From assembly GCA_964016885.1 (NCBI GenBank), contig OZ024750.1, positions 34,782,001 through 34,846,000 of the forward strand: 64,000 nt of DNA. The letters run 5' to 3'. This document shows positions 24,050 to 37,539 of this stretch, one piece after another (positions within the stretch are counted from its first letter, which is position 1; each line of letters opens with the position of its first letter). This DNA comes from Eledone cirrhosa. Its lineage: Eukaryota. The notes below the pieces were generated by a model. It did not search any database. It was given only the letters and a program-made list of their open reading frames with translations, and was not told the DNA's origin. The translations under genes and the position numbers were made by a program.

Positions 24050-25370
24050 AGTTACCTTGGAAGTGATTTAATTGTCCCTATATTTCGGATTTCACATTCA
24101 TCAACTGGGGGTTTTCCGAAAGGAAAAAAGTTGTGTGAGAAGGACAACACATGGCCTTCATTGTTTATCGTGTGCGTGCAACTGAAATATTCTATCGGGT
24201 GTGTGTGTGCGTGTGGAATTGTTGCGGTCAGGTAAAGTTCGAAGCAGTTCTTCTGTACTAGAGTAGTGGGGTAGTGGTGGTAGATTTGTGTGTACGTATC
24301 ATTGCTGTCAAATCTTTGTGTTCTGTCAGTGGTAGTGGGGTCAGTAGTAGGCATGGTGATAGTAGTCTGCCTGCACGTTGTCTGTCTGTCTGTCTGTCTT
24401 TGGGTGGTGGACACGATATACACAGAATAACAATTGCTTGAATGTCACTGTGTGTGTGTGTGTTGTTCCATTTATTTACACCAGCCATCTCATCTCACTT
24501 CTCCTTGATTGATTATTGATTCGTGGTCTGAGACATTTGATCCAGAGTGCTTCCTTAATCCTTAAAATGCTGACGTTGCATTCTGTTGCTAACACTGCCG
24601 GTACATGTGGTCGAGAAAATTGAAATATGTGTTGTTAGAGACAACGGATGGGAGCTGGTGGATGTCAGTGGAGGTTGGTAGCTTGAACACGTTCTAACAG
24701 TATATAGACGGCCGGGAGCGCCGGGACTGAGGTGTAAAGAGTGACCACATCAAAGCTGAAGGCATACCTGTTATCCTTTGGGGTGTCGAGATCCATTTGG
24801 TGTAGACACTCTAACACATCCTCGGAACTGTTGATCTGTCCTGGTAGGGTGTTCTGTAGGGTTTTAATATTTTGGCTAGAAGCCAAGAAATTTTGTAACG
24901 TGGTCCTTCCATATTGGATACAATAGACCTAATTTTCAGGTCAGGTCCTTGTTTGAGGGTTTTCATGAAGTGATAGAAGGCGGGTAGTCTGCTGTTCCTC
25001 GTGAGGGGTTCTTTCTAAGCCTCTTCAGAAGTTTCTGCCAGTCGCAGATGTTGGTCCAAGTGGCGTTGATCTGCTCCTTGATCTGCAGGGCAGTGATCCC
25101 TGTGACTTTAGAGTAGAAGCTGTCATCGTCAAGGTGTTGGAGGGCTAGGGTGTTGTAGGCCTCTCTGTTGATGACACAGAATTCCTTTCCCTTGTTGGAG
25201 GGAAGGTAAATGAGGTTCCTTGATTTCAGGTTAGGGTTAGTGTGTTTATGTCAGAGATAGTATTTCAACCTGATGAGTTTAGTGGCGAGTTGGTGGGTGG
25301 CAGGAGCGGGTTGTCAAGTTGGTACGTGGGAAACTTTGGACGGGTTGCGAATGCGCTGTTATTTTCTGTG
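24050..25370 (-). mobile_element. Penelope-like element, internally deleted (RT N-terminal half, GIY-YIG C-terminus, 3' region)
   Basis: LPSNKG, RLPAFYHFMKTLK..LKIRSIVS and FSFDVVTLYTSVP (PLE RT), then ILRIKEALWIKCLRPRIN (GIY-YIG end). Confidence 0.88.
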
Positions 25371-25398
25371 GTATTGTTGATGGCAGTCACCCATTTAA

Positions 25399-25619
25399 CC
25401 CTTTAGCATTTACATTACTCTATATATACTATTGTATTTTTGTGGTAAATGCTTTATCTTACATAATTGTCTCACATAATATCGAATCTACGAGATTTTG
25501 ATGATATTTATTTTGAGAACAATACATTAATGTCTGTATGAGTGGCCAGTTACTGCCAGTTTGTTCAGAAAGATGTGAGAGAATTGTGGCTGGATATAGC
25601 TGGTTTAAATGCTAAAGGG
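25399..25619. mobile_element. piggyBac-like MITE, complete (221 bp)
   Basis: TTAA|CCCTTTAGCATTTA...TAAATGCTAAAGGG|TTAA. Confidence 0.9.
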
Positions 25620-26773
25620 TTAAGCTGGTAGGTGGCTCGGCAGAAGGTGGCTTCGATGTCAAGTTTAAGTCTCCCACACACCCAATGCCTTATTGCTCTT
25701 CTAAACTCACACCACACTTGTTTGGGGAGTCTAATGGAGGTCCTTTGTTACAAAGAACCAAAACAGATAGCACAGATAATCCACTGTCTACTCTAACTAT
25801 TCTATCAAATAATTGCCTTCAACTTATACTTCATTTATCAACTCCAGAAGGATGAAAGTCAAAGTTGATGTTGGTGGAATTTGAACTCAAATCTCAGAGA
25901 GTTGGAACAAATATTACAAAACATTCTATCTTATGAAGAAAGTATTGGGAATGCTGGTACAATGAATATGAAATATAATGGTAGAACTAGAATAGGAGAA
26001 AGTAAGATTGATGGAATAATGTAATAGATTTTACTCTATATTTCATAATATTTCAAGTATAGAAGTTCTTTTTCAAATGAAAAATAAAGAAAATCAGATA
26101 ATTTTGTTCTTACAAGCTATTCCTTGTTGTGTGACTGATTTTTAGTTGTAATGTGATATCTACAGGCGTTAAATGATGCTGATGGCAATGACAGTTGAAA
26201 TGAGGATGATGATGATGATGATGAAGATAATTGAGATGATGAAGCTATTGGGGGAAACATTCTCACACACATTGTTAATTAGGTAGTGCTGGAAGGTGTC
26301 ATATCCAATGACAGGTGTAACAGCAGCATTATCAACTGCTAGAAGGGCAGAGGAGATGCACTAGAAGAAATGACTGCGGCATCAAACTGTTACACTCATC
26401 ATGAAGGTCACAGAAGGAATTATTGCACAATTAATTAGAGACAGAATTAATTTAGATAAGATACAACCGGACTTTATGCCTAGGAGAAGCACTATGGATA
26501 CCATCTTCAGAGTCAAACATTTGCAGAAGTATTTAGCTAAGAATAAGCCCATATATCTAACTTTCATCAACCTTGAAAATACATTTGACAGAACCTCATG
26601 CTCTGTAATTTGCTGATCACTTAGGAAGTTAGGGGCAGAGGAATGGCTTGTGAAGGTTCTACAGGTAGAAATGCTGAAAAATGTTTTTCAGATTTCCTCG
26701 TTTGTTGAAAGTGCTTAGAGATTTAACAACTGAATAATAGAATGAACTCTATAGATGATGAACAGAACCACAA

Positions 26774-27045
26774 GGATATGGTCTGAACGTGGAAGAGCCA
26801 AACTCCCACTGTCATTGCCTCCATCTCTCTCGCCCTCCCCATCTCGGTATAGATAATAAACACAATCACAGGGATATGGTCTGAACGTGGAAGAGTCAAA
26901 CTCCCACTGTCATTGCCTCCATCTCTCTCGCCCTCCCCATCTCGGTATAGATAATAAACACAATCACAGGGATATGGTCTGAACATGGAAGAGCCAAACT
27001 CCCACTGTCATTGCCTCAATCTCTCTCAACCTCCCCATCTCTCTG
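26774..27045. repeat. 98-bp tandem triplication at the 3' side of the CRE fragment
   Basis: Units start at 26774, 26872 and 26970. Confidence 0.9.
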
Positions 27046-27490
27046 TATGGTGAGCAAATGGGGTCCCACGTGCTGGCCTCCCCACAACGCTGGCAGACAG
27101 AATGGAGAAGGCGTTTCCCTGGAGGATGGTAAAGGAGATGCTCAGGCTCACACCTGTGGCTGCCCAGCCCAGCACCTATGGTGGTGAGTAGGGAGATAGC
27201 CCTAGGGCCAAGGACACCAAAAGTCTCCACTGCCAAGGGCATGACTGCAAACCAGTCGGAGAGCGACCGGTACTTGGAGAGTTTGGCCTACTCAGCCCAA
27301 TGTGCAGCAGAACCTGGGTTAGTCACAGACTGCAACAGGTTGTGGCTGGAGAAAGTGTCGCTGCAAGTGGCATCTCAGACAGGAAGATGGTCATACCGTC
27401 TGGCCTTTTGCCGTCCCCTCGGTCCAGCCCCACCGGCTCAAGCTGGGAGGGGAAGCCTGCAGCATCCAAGCCATGCTTTATGACCTCGTT
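27045..27490 (-). mobile_element. CRE-like RLE retrotransposon 3' fragment
   Basis: [47 protein letters not shown]. Confidence 0.85.
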
Positions 27491-27660
27491 ATGTACAGGT
27501 TATATACAGAGATGCTGGGAGGGGAAGCCTGCAGCATCCAAGCCATGCTTTATGACCTCGTTATGTACAGGTTATATACAGAGATGCTGGGAGGGGAAGC
27601 CTGCAGCATCCAAGCCATGCTTTATGACCTCGTTATGTACAGGTTATATACAGAGATGCT
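27442..27660. repeat. 72-bp tandem triplication at the 5' junction of the CRE fragment
   Basis: Three identical GCTGGGAGGGGAAGCCTGCAGC...CAGAGAT units. Confidence 0.9.
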
Positions 27661-29299
27661 ATTAGCAAAGTAAGAATCAGTAACAATTACCTCAATGAGT
27701 TGAATGTACTGGTAGGGTAGTCCAGTTCTAAGTCTCTACCTGTTCAGTTCTAAGTCCCCACCTGTCCATTATACCCCTCCAGGACATAACAGGAATTCAA
27801 GACTGGTTGTACATGGGAGCTCCTAAATGCTGATGATTTAACCTCATAGCTGAAATGATAGAACTAGAGTAGAGATTACAGACATGAAAACAAAATCTGG
27901 AATTAAAGAGCCCCAAAGTAAACCTAGTAAAGGCTGAAGTTTTAGTAATCAGAAAGGTGGTTAAAACTCAGCTTCCATCAAGGAAATAACCATTTCAATG
28001 TGTAGAAAACAAATGGGTAGGAGCTCCATACAATGTACCTAGTATAGACAGTGGACACACAAGAGATGTAGTGGGATGACAGGTTGACTGATGTGAAGGG
28101 TAGCCTTTGTGTTTGGTAAATACACTCAAGAGATAAACTCCCTCAGATATTCAGAAGGTTTACTGGAAGTGGTAGAAAGTTTTGCTGTTTAGGAGATCTC
28201 ATTAGTAGTGGAGGTGGGTGTACTGAAAATGTGATAGCCAGAGTGAGAATAGGTTAGAAGAAGTTTAGGGATCTTCTACAGCTGCTGGCAACAAAGGGCT
28301 TCTCTCTCAGAGTAAACTGTAGATTGTATGATGCCTGCAATAATATATGGCAGTAAAACAAGGATCCTAAATGCAGAAGACCTACAAAAGCTAGAAATAA
28401 GTGAGTATGCTCTGTGGGATGTGCAATGTCAGCATACATCAATGACATAGCATAAGTGAGTTGAGAGAAAAACTTTGCATAAGAGGAATTGAATGTAGTG
28501 TGTATGAGAGAAGGCTATGATGGTATGGACTTGTGATGTTTATGGAAAATGAAAGCTGCTTAAAGAAATGTTGAGAAATCTCAGAGTGGAAGGGTTTTGT
28601 GGAAGAGGTTGACCAAAGCAGATTTGGGATGGGGTAGTGTTGTTTTCGAATTCTTCTTCTCTAGTGCACCTATAATTTTCTTTACATTTTAATTTTACCT
28701 TTTATAGAACCTATAATTTCCTTTGATCATTAAAGATTAGACTAAATCTAGAAAGAGGTACCAGTTAAAAGAAATGGTAAAAGACTTATTGCCTTTAAAG
28801 TCATCTTCTAAATCAAAATCTTTATATCCAAATAATTATCACTTGTGAATTCCTATACTAAGAATATCATCAATTTATTTTTCTTCTCGTTCTAAGTGAA
28901 ATCCATTCTGTTTGTGCAGAATAGAAATTGTTAATGGTAAGAAATTATAAAAGTCTCTCTCTATATATAAAATGTATTCAGACATTATAGCATACAGAGA
29001 ATTATCTGTTGGTTTTCATTTTATTGCTGAACATGTATAAGCCTTGAGGAGATTCTTAACATTTTTAGAATGTTGAATATAAATGTTTGATCAATAAGTG
29101 CAGAAATGCTAAAAGGATTAAATATCTTTACTTTGAGATTTGCAGTAGTTGAGAAATATTTTGTATACGAGAATGTCTTTGTTTTCTTTCTTATAAATTA
29201 TATATGCTGCTTGTCAGAATGATGAAAATAATTCTATAGACACACTTTTGCTTTAACTCTACACCTACATAGTTTTATTTAGTATTCCTTCTTTGTTAG

Positions 29300-29404
29300 A
29301 GTACTCCAAATGTCGAACAAAGAACAGATAGAGATATCAAGTAAATTTTCAAAGAGTTATAGCACAGTTAAAAATATTTCAAGACATGATATACATGTAG
29401 AGTG
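29300..29404 (+). other. Candidate 105-nt exon, copy 2 (VLQMSNKEQIEISSKFSKSYSTVKNISRHDIHVE)
   Basis: Same splice signals as 2227-2331, with 3 substitutions in the exon. Confidence 0.35.
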
Positions 29405-29609
29405 GTATTTATGTAATAGATTAAGAAAAATTAATAATAGACTATCATAATCAATTGATCACATCTGTAATCAATTGATCACATCTGTAATCAATTGATC
29501 ACATACAGTAATTCAAGTTTGCTGTGAGAATATACAATGTTTTCTGTCTTATAAGATTTGACTGTGTCATTTTATTTTGTTTATATTATTTCATATAACA
29601 GAAATGACC

Positions 29610-30230
29610 CCCTCCTCCTTCGTCTTCTCCTTCTTCTTCTTCTTCTTCTTCTTCTTCTTCTTCTTCTTCTTCTTCTCCTTCTCCTTCTTCTTCTTCTCCT
29701 TCTCCTTCTTCTCCTTCTCCTTCTTCTTCTTCAACATATTTCTGAGAGGGTCGTGCGGGCATAGTCCTCAAACACTTCTTCCAGCAGGTACTATCAGAAG
29801 CAACCGACTCCAACTGATCTGGCTGGATCCCCAAGCAGGACCAGCCAACCTCATGGATGTTATCCAACCGTCTTGCTCAGATTCTACCATGGGTCTCCTT
29901 CTGATTTGTTTTGCCTGTAAAATCTGTCCAGCGATTCTTTCTTGCGACATTCTAACCACATGCCCATAGTATCGAAGCTGTGATCTTTCAATTCAGAGAA
30001 GTAGCGGCTCTACCTGGAGTGACTCTCTGATCTCCGAGTTACGCACTTTGAGTAACGTTACTCCAAAGACCCTTCAGAGGAACCCCATTTTGGCCGCTTG
30101 TATTCGTGATTGTATTCTTTCGGTCATTATCCAAGATTCATGACCAAAGGTAGGGGTTGGCACAAACCCCAAATTGATTATAGTGCGTTTGGCTTTTACA
30201 CCTATGCCCCTTCTGAATACTGAATGCTGA
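29610..30230 (-). mobile_element. RTE LINE 3' region with (GAA)n tail
   Basis: GHESWIMTERIQSRIQAAKMGFL-type motif plus the TTC tract at 29625-29731. Confidence 0.8.
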
Positions 30231-30971
30231 AGATATATACATATTTATTACTAAAGTCTCTCTCGAGCCTGGGGCTCATGAGGCCGGTGCCTATTATTGA
30301 GTTACTGAGAGTACGAGACTCCCTCTTGGATCAAGACACCAGTCAATCGCAGGGTTAAATCTGCAGCTATTGCTGGAGCAACATTAAATAAATGAAGTGT
30401 TTTGCTCAAGGACACAACACACAACTTGGTTCAGTAATCAAACCCATGATGTTATGATTCAAAGTCCCACACACAACCCAGTCCATGACTCAAACCCATG
30501 ATGTTATGATTGTAAGTCCAGCACATTTACCACTAGGCCACACACCTCCACATATTTATTACTGATCCAATAGGAATGATATTCTTAAAATATTGTTTCT
30601 CTATAGTTTTAACTGAGAATGTTGTACACCAATCATGTATTGCAATAGTACACAACATTGATTTATCTCTGCAATCATCTTAAATACTAAATACTATATA
30701 TTTCTTTGAACTGTGTAGAGGGGTTCATTTAGTCAGATTTCTAACAATCACTCTCTTATATTTATTGCCTGCTAATCAACTCTGGTGTTTTATGTCACAC
30801 CATAAACTTCATCTTGTTGCTTAGACATACCTCAAACTGTAATGTTTTTTACTAACTGACAATCTTTTAGAACAGATATCATATTTCTGTGTATAAAACA
30901 CAGAACATTGTAAACCACACAAGCTAGAGTTAAATACATAAACACTGGAATATTTAAATATATATATTTAA

Positions 30972-31191
30972 CCCTTTAGCATTCACATTACTCTTTATAT
31001 ACTATTATATTTTCATGGTAAATGCTTTATCACACATAATTATCTCACATAATATCGAATCTATGAGATTTTGAAAGTATTTATTTTGAGAACAATACCT
31101 TAACATCAGTTTGAGCGACAAGTTACAGCCAGTTTCAACAGAAAAAGGTAGAGAATTCTGGCCAGTTTTGGCTGGTTTGAACATTAAAGGG
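30972..31191. mobile_element. piggyBac-like MITE
   Basis: TTAA TSD and TIRs. Confidence 0.85.
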
Positions 31192-31254
31192 TTAAATATA
31201 TATATATACTGTAAACCATGCTAGCATGGAAAATGGATGCTAAACGATGATGAT

Positions 31255-31739
31255 GATACACTGTAAACCACACGCAGTTAAATATACAAACATTGGAAAC
31301 TACACAAGCTACAGTTAAATATATACACTCTGTAAACTAACAGTTAAATATATATACACTGTAGACTACACAGTTAAATATATATATATATATACTGTAA
31401 ACTACACAGTTAAATATATATACACTGGAAACTACAGTTAAATATATATACACTGGTAACTAACAGTTAAATATATATACACTGTAGACTACACAGTTAA
31501 ATATATATACTGTAAACTACAGTTAAATATATATACACTGTAGACTACACAGTTAAATATATATACTGTAAACTACAGTTAAATATATATACACTGGAAA
31601 CTAACAGTTAAATATATATACACTGTATACTACACAGTTAAATATATATATATATACTGTAAACTACACAGTTAAATATATATACACTGGAAACTATACA
31701 GTTAAATAAATACACAGTATAGACTACACAAGTTAGAGT

Positions 31740-31795
<56 letters not shown>

Positions 31796-31960
31796 AAACT
31801 ATATATATTGTAAACTATATACATTGTAAACTATATACATTGTAAACTATAAACATATATACATTGTAAACTACACACAGTTAAATATATACACACTGTA
31901 GGCTACACAAGCTGCAGTTAAATATATATATACACTGTAAACCACACAAGCTACAGTTAT
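31255..31960. repeat. Degenerate ~30-bp AT-rich minisatellite (ACTGTAAACTACACAGTTAAATATATAT)
   Basis: Direct reading, with (TA)n embedded. Confidence 0.85.
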
Positions 31961-32218
31961 ATATACCATTTATGCCGGTATACAAGTCAACATTTGGAGC
32001 CTAAAAATATTTCTCCACAACCAGGCGTTGACTGGTCCGCCAAATATAAAATGTGAACCTTTACCACTGAGGGGTAAACAGTGAAACTGCCTGCCTAACA
32101 CTCGTTGTACACCACTTACCATAACTCTAGCAGCCCACCACAATTATTTCCTACTGAATCTCATATTTGTTAAGTCTATTTAATGTAGAGATTATAATAT
32201 CCATGACTTACTGTAGCT

Positions 32219-32308
32219 CATAGGGTAGGTTACCATAGGGTAGGTTACCATGGGGTAGGTTACCATGGGTTAGGTTACCATCGTGTAGGTTACCATAGGG
32301 TAGGTTAC
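32219..32308. repeat. 15-bp tandem repeat x6 (CATAGGGTAGGTTAC)
   Basis: Direct reading. Confidence 0.9.
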
Positions 32309-32363
32309 TTTTAAAACCAGCTGGTGTTAAAAGTATAAAATACTGTTAACTACACAAGCTGAA

Positions 32364-33737
32364 GTTAAAAGTATAATGTCAACCACACAAACCACAGTTA
32401 AAAGTATGTCAACCACACAAACCACAGTTAAAAGTATAATGTCAACCCCACAAACCACAGTTAAAAGTATAATGTCAACCCCACAAACCACAGTTAAAAG
32501 TATAATGTCAACCACACAAACCACAGTTAAAAGTATGTCAACCCCACAAACCACAGTTAAAAGCATAATGTCAACCCCACAAACCACAGTTAAAAGTATG
32601 TCAACCACACAAACCACAGTTAAAAGTATGTCAACCACACAAACCACAGTTAAAAGTATGTCAACCCCACAAACCACAGTTAAAAGTATAATGTCAACCA
32701 CACAAACCACAGTTAAAAGTATGTCAACCCCACAAACCACAGTTAAAAGTATAATGTCAACCACACAAACCACAGTTAAAAGTATGTCAACCACACAAAC
32801 CACAGTTAAAAGTATAATGTCAACCACACAAACCACAGTTAAAAGTATGTCAACCACACAAACCACAGTTAAAAGTATAATGTCAACCCCACAAACCACA
32901 GTTAAAAGTATAATGTCAACCACACAAACCACAGTTAAAAGTATAATGTCAACCACACAAACCACAGTTAAAAGTATGTCAACCGCACAAACCACAGTTA
33001 AAAGTATAATGTCAACCACACAAACCACAGTTAAAAGTATAATGTCAACCACACAAATCACAGTTAAAAGTATGTCAACCACACAAACCACAGTTAAAAG
33101 TATGTCAACCACACAAACCACAGTTAAAAGTATAATGTCAACCCCACAAACCACAGTTAAAAGTATAATGTCAACCCCACAAACCACAGTTAAGAGTATG
33201 TCAACCACACAAACCACAGTTAAAAGTATGTCAACCACACAAACCACAGTTAAAAGTATAATGTCAACCACACAAACCACAGTTAAAAGTATGTCAACCG
33301 CACAAACCACAGTTAAAAGTATAATGTCAACCACACAAACCACAGTTAAAAGTATGTCAACCACACAAACCACAGTTAAAAGTATAATGTCAACCACACA
33401 AACCACAGTTAAAAGTATTTCAACCACAAAAACCACAGTTAAAAGTATAATGTCAACCACACAAACCACAGTTAAAAGTATAATGTCAACCACACAAACC
33501 ACAGTTAAAAGTATAATGTCAACCACACAAACCACAGTTAAAAGTATGTCAACCACACAAACCACAGTTAAAAGTATAATGTCAACCACACAAACCACAG
33601 TTAAAAGTATAATGTCAACCACACAAACCACAGTTAAAAGTATGTCAACCCCACAAACCACAGTTAAAAGTATGTCAACCACACAAACCACAGTTAAAAG
33701 TATGTCAACCACACAAACCACAGTTAAAAGTATAATA
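32364..33737. repeat. 30/33-bp minisatellite, ~43 units
   Basis: GTTAAAAGT(ATA)ATGTCAACCACACAAACCACA. Confidence 0.95.
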
Positions 33738-34427
33738 TAACCTTTGCATTCAACCAGAGTTCTTTTGGGAGAAGAATAAAATGTTGATTGATTTGAAAAT
33801 ATTTAATAGGATTCTGTTTTGAGATTCCAGCACAAATGAAAATCCTGTTAATTCTAATTGGTTATCAACTATTTGAGGGGGAATTCTCATATTATAAAAT
33901 AAAGTCTGTGTTTCTAAGGGAAGACAATATTGTTATCTGACATATTGCATAAAATAATCAACAGCCAGTATCTCCTCCTTTTCAGATATTATATTGAAGG
34001 AAGTAGAAATCAACTAATAAAGACATTTTTATAAAAAAATAATCAATATTTTAATACAATCAGCACCATGTATCCGTATCAAATCAAATCAATATTAAAA
34101 TAATCAATGTTTTAAATGAATATAAAATACAATAATTATTGAAGCCAGTACAAACATACATTCAATATAGAAAAACCACTATGATATCAATATTAAAAAT
34201 ATTATAAGTGTATTGTATTATCAAGAACAAAAAAAATTATTATTGACACTAATGAAAAAATCAATATAAATGATGCAAGAATTTTGTGTCATATGTTTCA
34301 GACTTTTGACATGTAAGAGGGTTATTTTTAAATATGGTATTTTTTTACATTAGACATATCATAGGAGGGTTGAAGAATGGATTGATGAATGTACAAGGAA
34401 TATAACAGACCTGTTAAAACAATAGTA

Positions 34428-34665
34428 ATCATCATCATCATCATCAACGTTTAACGTCCGTGTTCCACGCTTGCATGGGTTTGGACGGGGGTTTTCCCAC
34501 TTGAGGCAAGAGTGATTGTCTTACTCGCATAGGACTGTCTGGCGGGTTTTCTACAGCTGGATGCCCTTCCTAACACCAACCACATTTACAGTGTGGGGCT
34601 GGGAGGTTTTTACCGTGTTGCCTACACAGCCACATTACAGCGTGGACTGTGTGTTTTTTTGTCAT
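34428..34665 (-). mobile_element. 5'-truncated SINE (family B-related)
   Basis: Near reverse complement of 45520-45765. Confidence 0.8.
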
Positions 34666-34805
34666 GTAAGTGTTGACATATTTAATGTTAGCAGAGTTAA
34701 CACTTTCATGACTGCATTTCTAATTATATACACTGTGTTTCAATTAATTAACAAAGAATTTTGAGGGATTTACTAAAATTATTTATTATTCCATGATTAA
34801 GATAG

Positions 34806-35040
34806 TTTAGCATTGCGCCGGAAAGCCGGCAGGCTAAGGTGCAAAATCTCACCGTCACATGTTGTACGTGTTGCTGGTTCGAGGTTCCTGGTGCGAGAGA
34901 GGGATTCTTCAAATCTTCGCGGGTAATTTCTCCCTCAGAACGCGTAGGCATACATCCTCATCTACTGGCGTTGATTGGCTGAGCTGAGCCAAATCACGCA
35001 CAGAGAATGTATGTGAGCCCGCGGAATGTAGGTCACTACA
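34806..35040. mobile_element. CpG-rich solo LTR-like insertion, TSD ATAG
   Basis: ATAG at 34802-34805 and 35041-35044. Ends T(T)TAG...CTACA. ATTGG/CCAAT box inside. Confidence 0.6.
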
Positions 35041-35664
35041 ATAGTAACTTAATGTAAGGTTCTTATATAAAATTATGTTGGAAGATTTTAATTTGAATTG
35101 TAAACCTTTAAAATGGTCAACTCCGTTTGAAAGAATGAGAGCTGGTTTTAACCAGGTTGGTAACAAAAGGGTTAAAAAGCTAACTAGAAATAAATAACTG
35201 TGTGAAAAAAAACCAATATTAATCAATTATGAATATTATTTTCACTTATTTAGCAAGTATGGCATAATAATATTGCTTCTTGAAATGACACTACAGTAAT
35301 TTGATCCAGGAAGAATTAATAAATATATATAAAAAAACAGATTCAAACAGATTTTCAAAGATGTACTTTTATATTTATGAAGGTGAATTTAAATTATGTT
35401 TGAAAGCATGAAACAGAAATTAAAGTATCATATTTTAAAAATTTATTGTTCATTTTTAAACTAATGACAGCTTGTCAGAATTGAGATATTTAAGAACTAT
35501 TCTATAAAGTGGAACATTTTTGTTTTTTTTTGTTTTAATTTCAATTTTGTTTTTGTTTTTTCAGTTATAAATTTTATATTTAAAAATGTTAGACCAGTAA
35601 CGTAATACATTTTTGTTTTTAATTTTCATCATGATATGAGGTTAGTGAAATATTAAAACCATTC

Positions 35665-35945
35665 TGTGTAGTGGAACTGGAATGCTTTTGTGGTCTTGTC
35701 TGCAGGGCGCAACCTCAATACCAATACCACCGCACCCTAGGTCCAGAGCCCATCACACTCCCCCTTCTTCTGTTACACTAGAGCCCTTGCCTTTTCCTTC
35801 CTTTTGTTTTCATAACCACAAAAGACTCTTGAATATTCAATGTAACTCTATTTTATGTAGTGAGTACTGTTTTTATTTGCTTATATATGTTCAAATGTTC
35901 AATATTTGAATAAACCTAATTAGAAATTATTCTTGTCCAATTACA
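35665..35945 (+). mobile_element. Possible older solo LTR
   Basis: TGTGTAGTGG...CCAATTACA ends, AATAAA near the 3' end, imperfect ATTC/ATTG flanks. Confidence 0.35.
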
Positions 35946-37148
35946 ATTGTTGAGCTGTAGTGCTGTTTAGAATATTTTAGAGTATTTTGAAAGCTGAAAA
36001 CAAATTCCAAATGTTGCAAAAATTAACATAACTTTAAAGAAAGACAAACTAAACTCATTGGTATTCTTTGAATTATTTTGAGATTTATGGCATCTTCCAC
36101 CTAACTGCTTTAGCAAATAACTTGATATCAGTTGATTCTCTGAATTACATGAACTATCAAAATAGGTGACTAACATTTCAACGCTCTAGAATTTCCAATA
36201 AATTTTATACATTACTTGCATCAAAGACCTTCATTGTCTTCAGCAATTATCTCTATTAGATGCATCAGTTCTATGGTACTGAGTAGTGGATTTATTTGAG
36301 CTTCATTTATACATTATTGAAGAGTCTCTCTCTCTCTCTCACTTTCTACTTCTGCCTGCTCAACACCAACCCCTCCTGCCTCATCACATCATTAATGGCT
36401 TTCCATGTGTCAATTTTAATCCAATTGATCATTTGTTAATGAGTCAACCATCCATTAATTCTTCCCCCACACCCAATTTTCAATGGGAACTAGATAATGT
36501 AGAAAAATATCTGATAATTCCTTTCTTTCTTTCTCTTCTTCTTCTTCTTCTTCTTCTTCTTCTCGGAGGTTCGTGGGTAGGGGAGCCCTCAAACACTGCT
36601 TCCAGCATAAAGATTGCATATCCCGAGACCCCCAAAGAGGGTTTGGTTGGCGGCAAACCCTGACAATCTGATAATTATTAAATACTAAGATTTTCTTAAC
36701 ATTTTAAAAATGTCTCCATTAAACAAACCCCATTATATTATCCAGATTAAATTCCTTCTACATAAAATAGATATTAAGATTAATTATTTCTAACGAGGAT
36801 GAAGATCTATAGAAGTTTTCTAAGATAGATACCAAAATATATATCATCATCCCGATTTAATGTCCATTTTTCCATGCTAGCATGGGTTAGACAAGTTGTC
36901 CAGAAGTGAGTCAAACCAAAGCAGATGACCAGCTTTCCAGCTAACATTATATAACACGAGGTTAACTTTGCCTTTCATCCTTACGGGTTCAATAAAATAA
37001 AGTACCAGTAATGCACTGGGTAATTGCTGGCCTTGTGCCTAAAGTAGAAACAATTATATATATACACACTATATATATATAAAATTAAAAGATTGACATG
37101 TATATAAATATATCAAACATAAACATGACATCTATATTTTTGTTAGCA

Positions 37149-37198
<50 letters not shown>

Positions 37199-37539
37199 GT
37201 GTGAGTGTGTGTTATAGAGTGGGGGGTACAATACAAGAATATCACACCCAGAATCGGATTTGTATTTTGACTTGGTTTCTGTATGAGCTTCCTAACACCA
37301 AACATGTTCTAGTGGGGACTGGGTACTTTTTATTGTGGCACAAAAACAACCATTTTACAGGGTGGACTGGGTGTTTTTTTGTTGTGTTAATATATCTAAA
37401 GATTAAAAATATTAAACATTTTTCCTTCCAATAACAATCAAAATGTACAGAAACAACAGCATCAAATTTCATTATTGAATTTTTTTGTTTCATTAAAAGT
37501 CATGTGAAAGAAAATTATTCAGAGTCTGTAACATAATAT

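Larger units (their letters stand above)
26270..28640 (+). mobile_element. Decayed RTE-clade LINE RT region, interrupted at ~26690-27790
   Basis: KGRGDALE..GIKLL..MKVTE..QPDFMPRRSTMDTIF..YLTFINLENTFDR; WELLNADDL; LEVVESF..LGDLISSGGGC..VIARVRIG.KKFRDLL. Confidence 0.88.

Noticed and set aside
28897-28936. Exon candidate with a strong GTAAGA donor upstream of the 105-nt exon
   Set aside because: The 40-nt version has stops in all frames, and the 17-nt version ends in a phase incompatible with the first acceptor at 29300.
32219-32308. Interstitial telomeric repeat
   Set aside because: The period is 15 bp and only resembles TTAGGG. There is no true hexamer array.
32376-33740. 454-aa mucin-like ORF (MSTTQTTVKS repeats)
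   Set aside because: It is entirely a 30/33-bp minisatellite, open on both strands. The unit resembles the adjacent non-coding repeat at 31255-31960. There is an in-frame stop just upstream and no signal peptide or unique domain.
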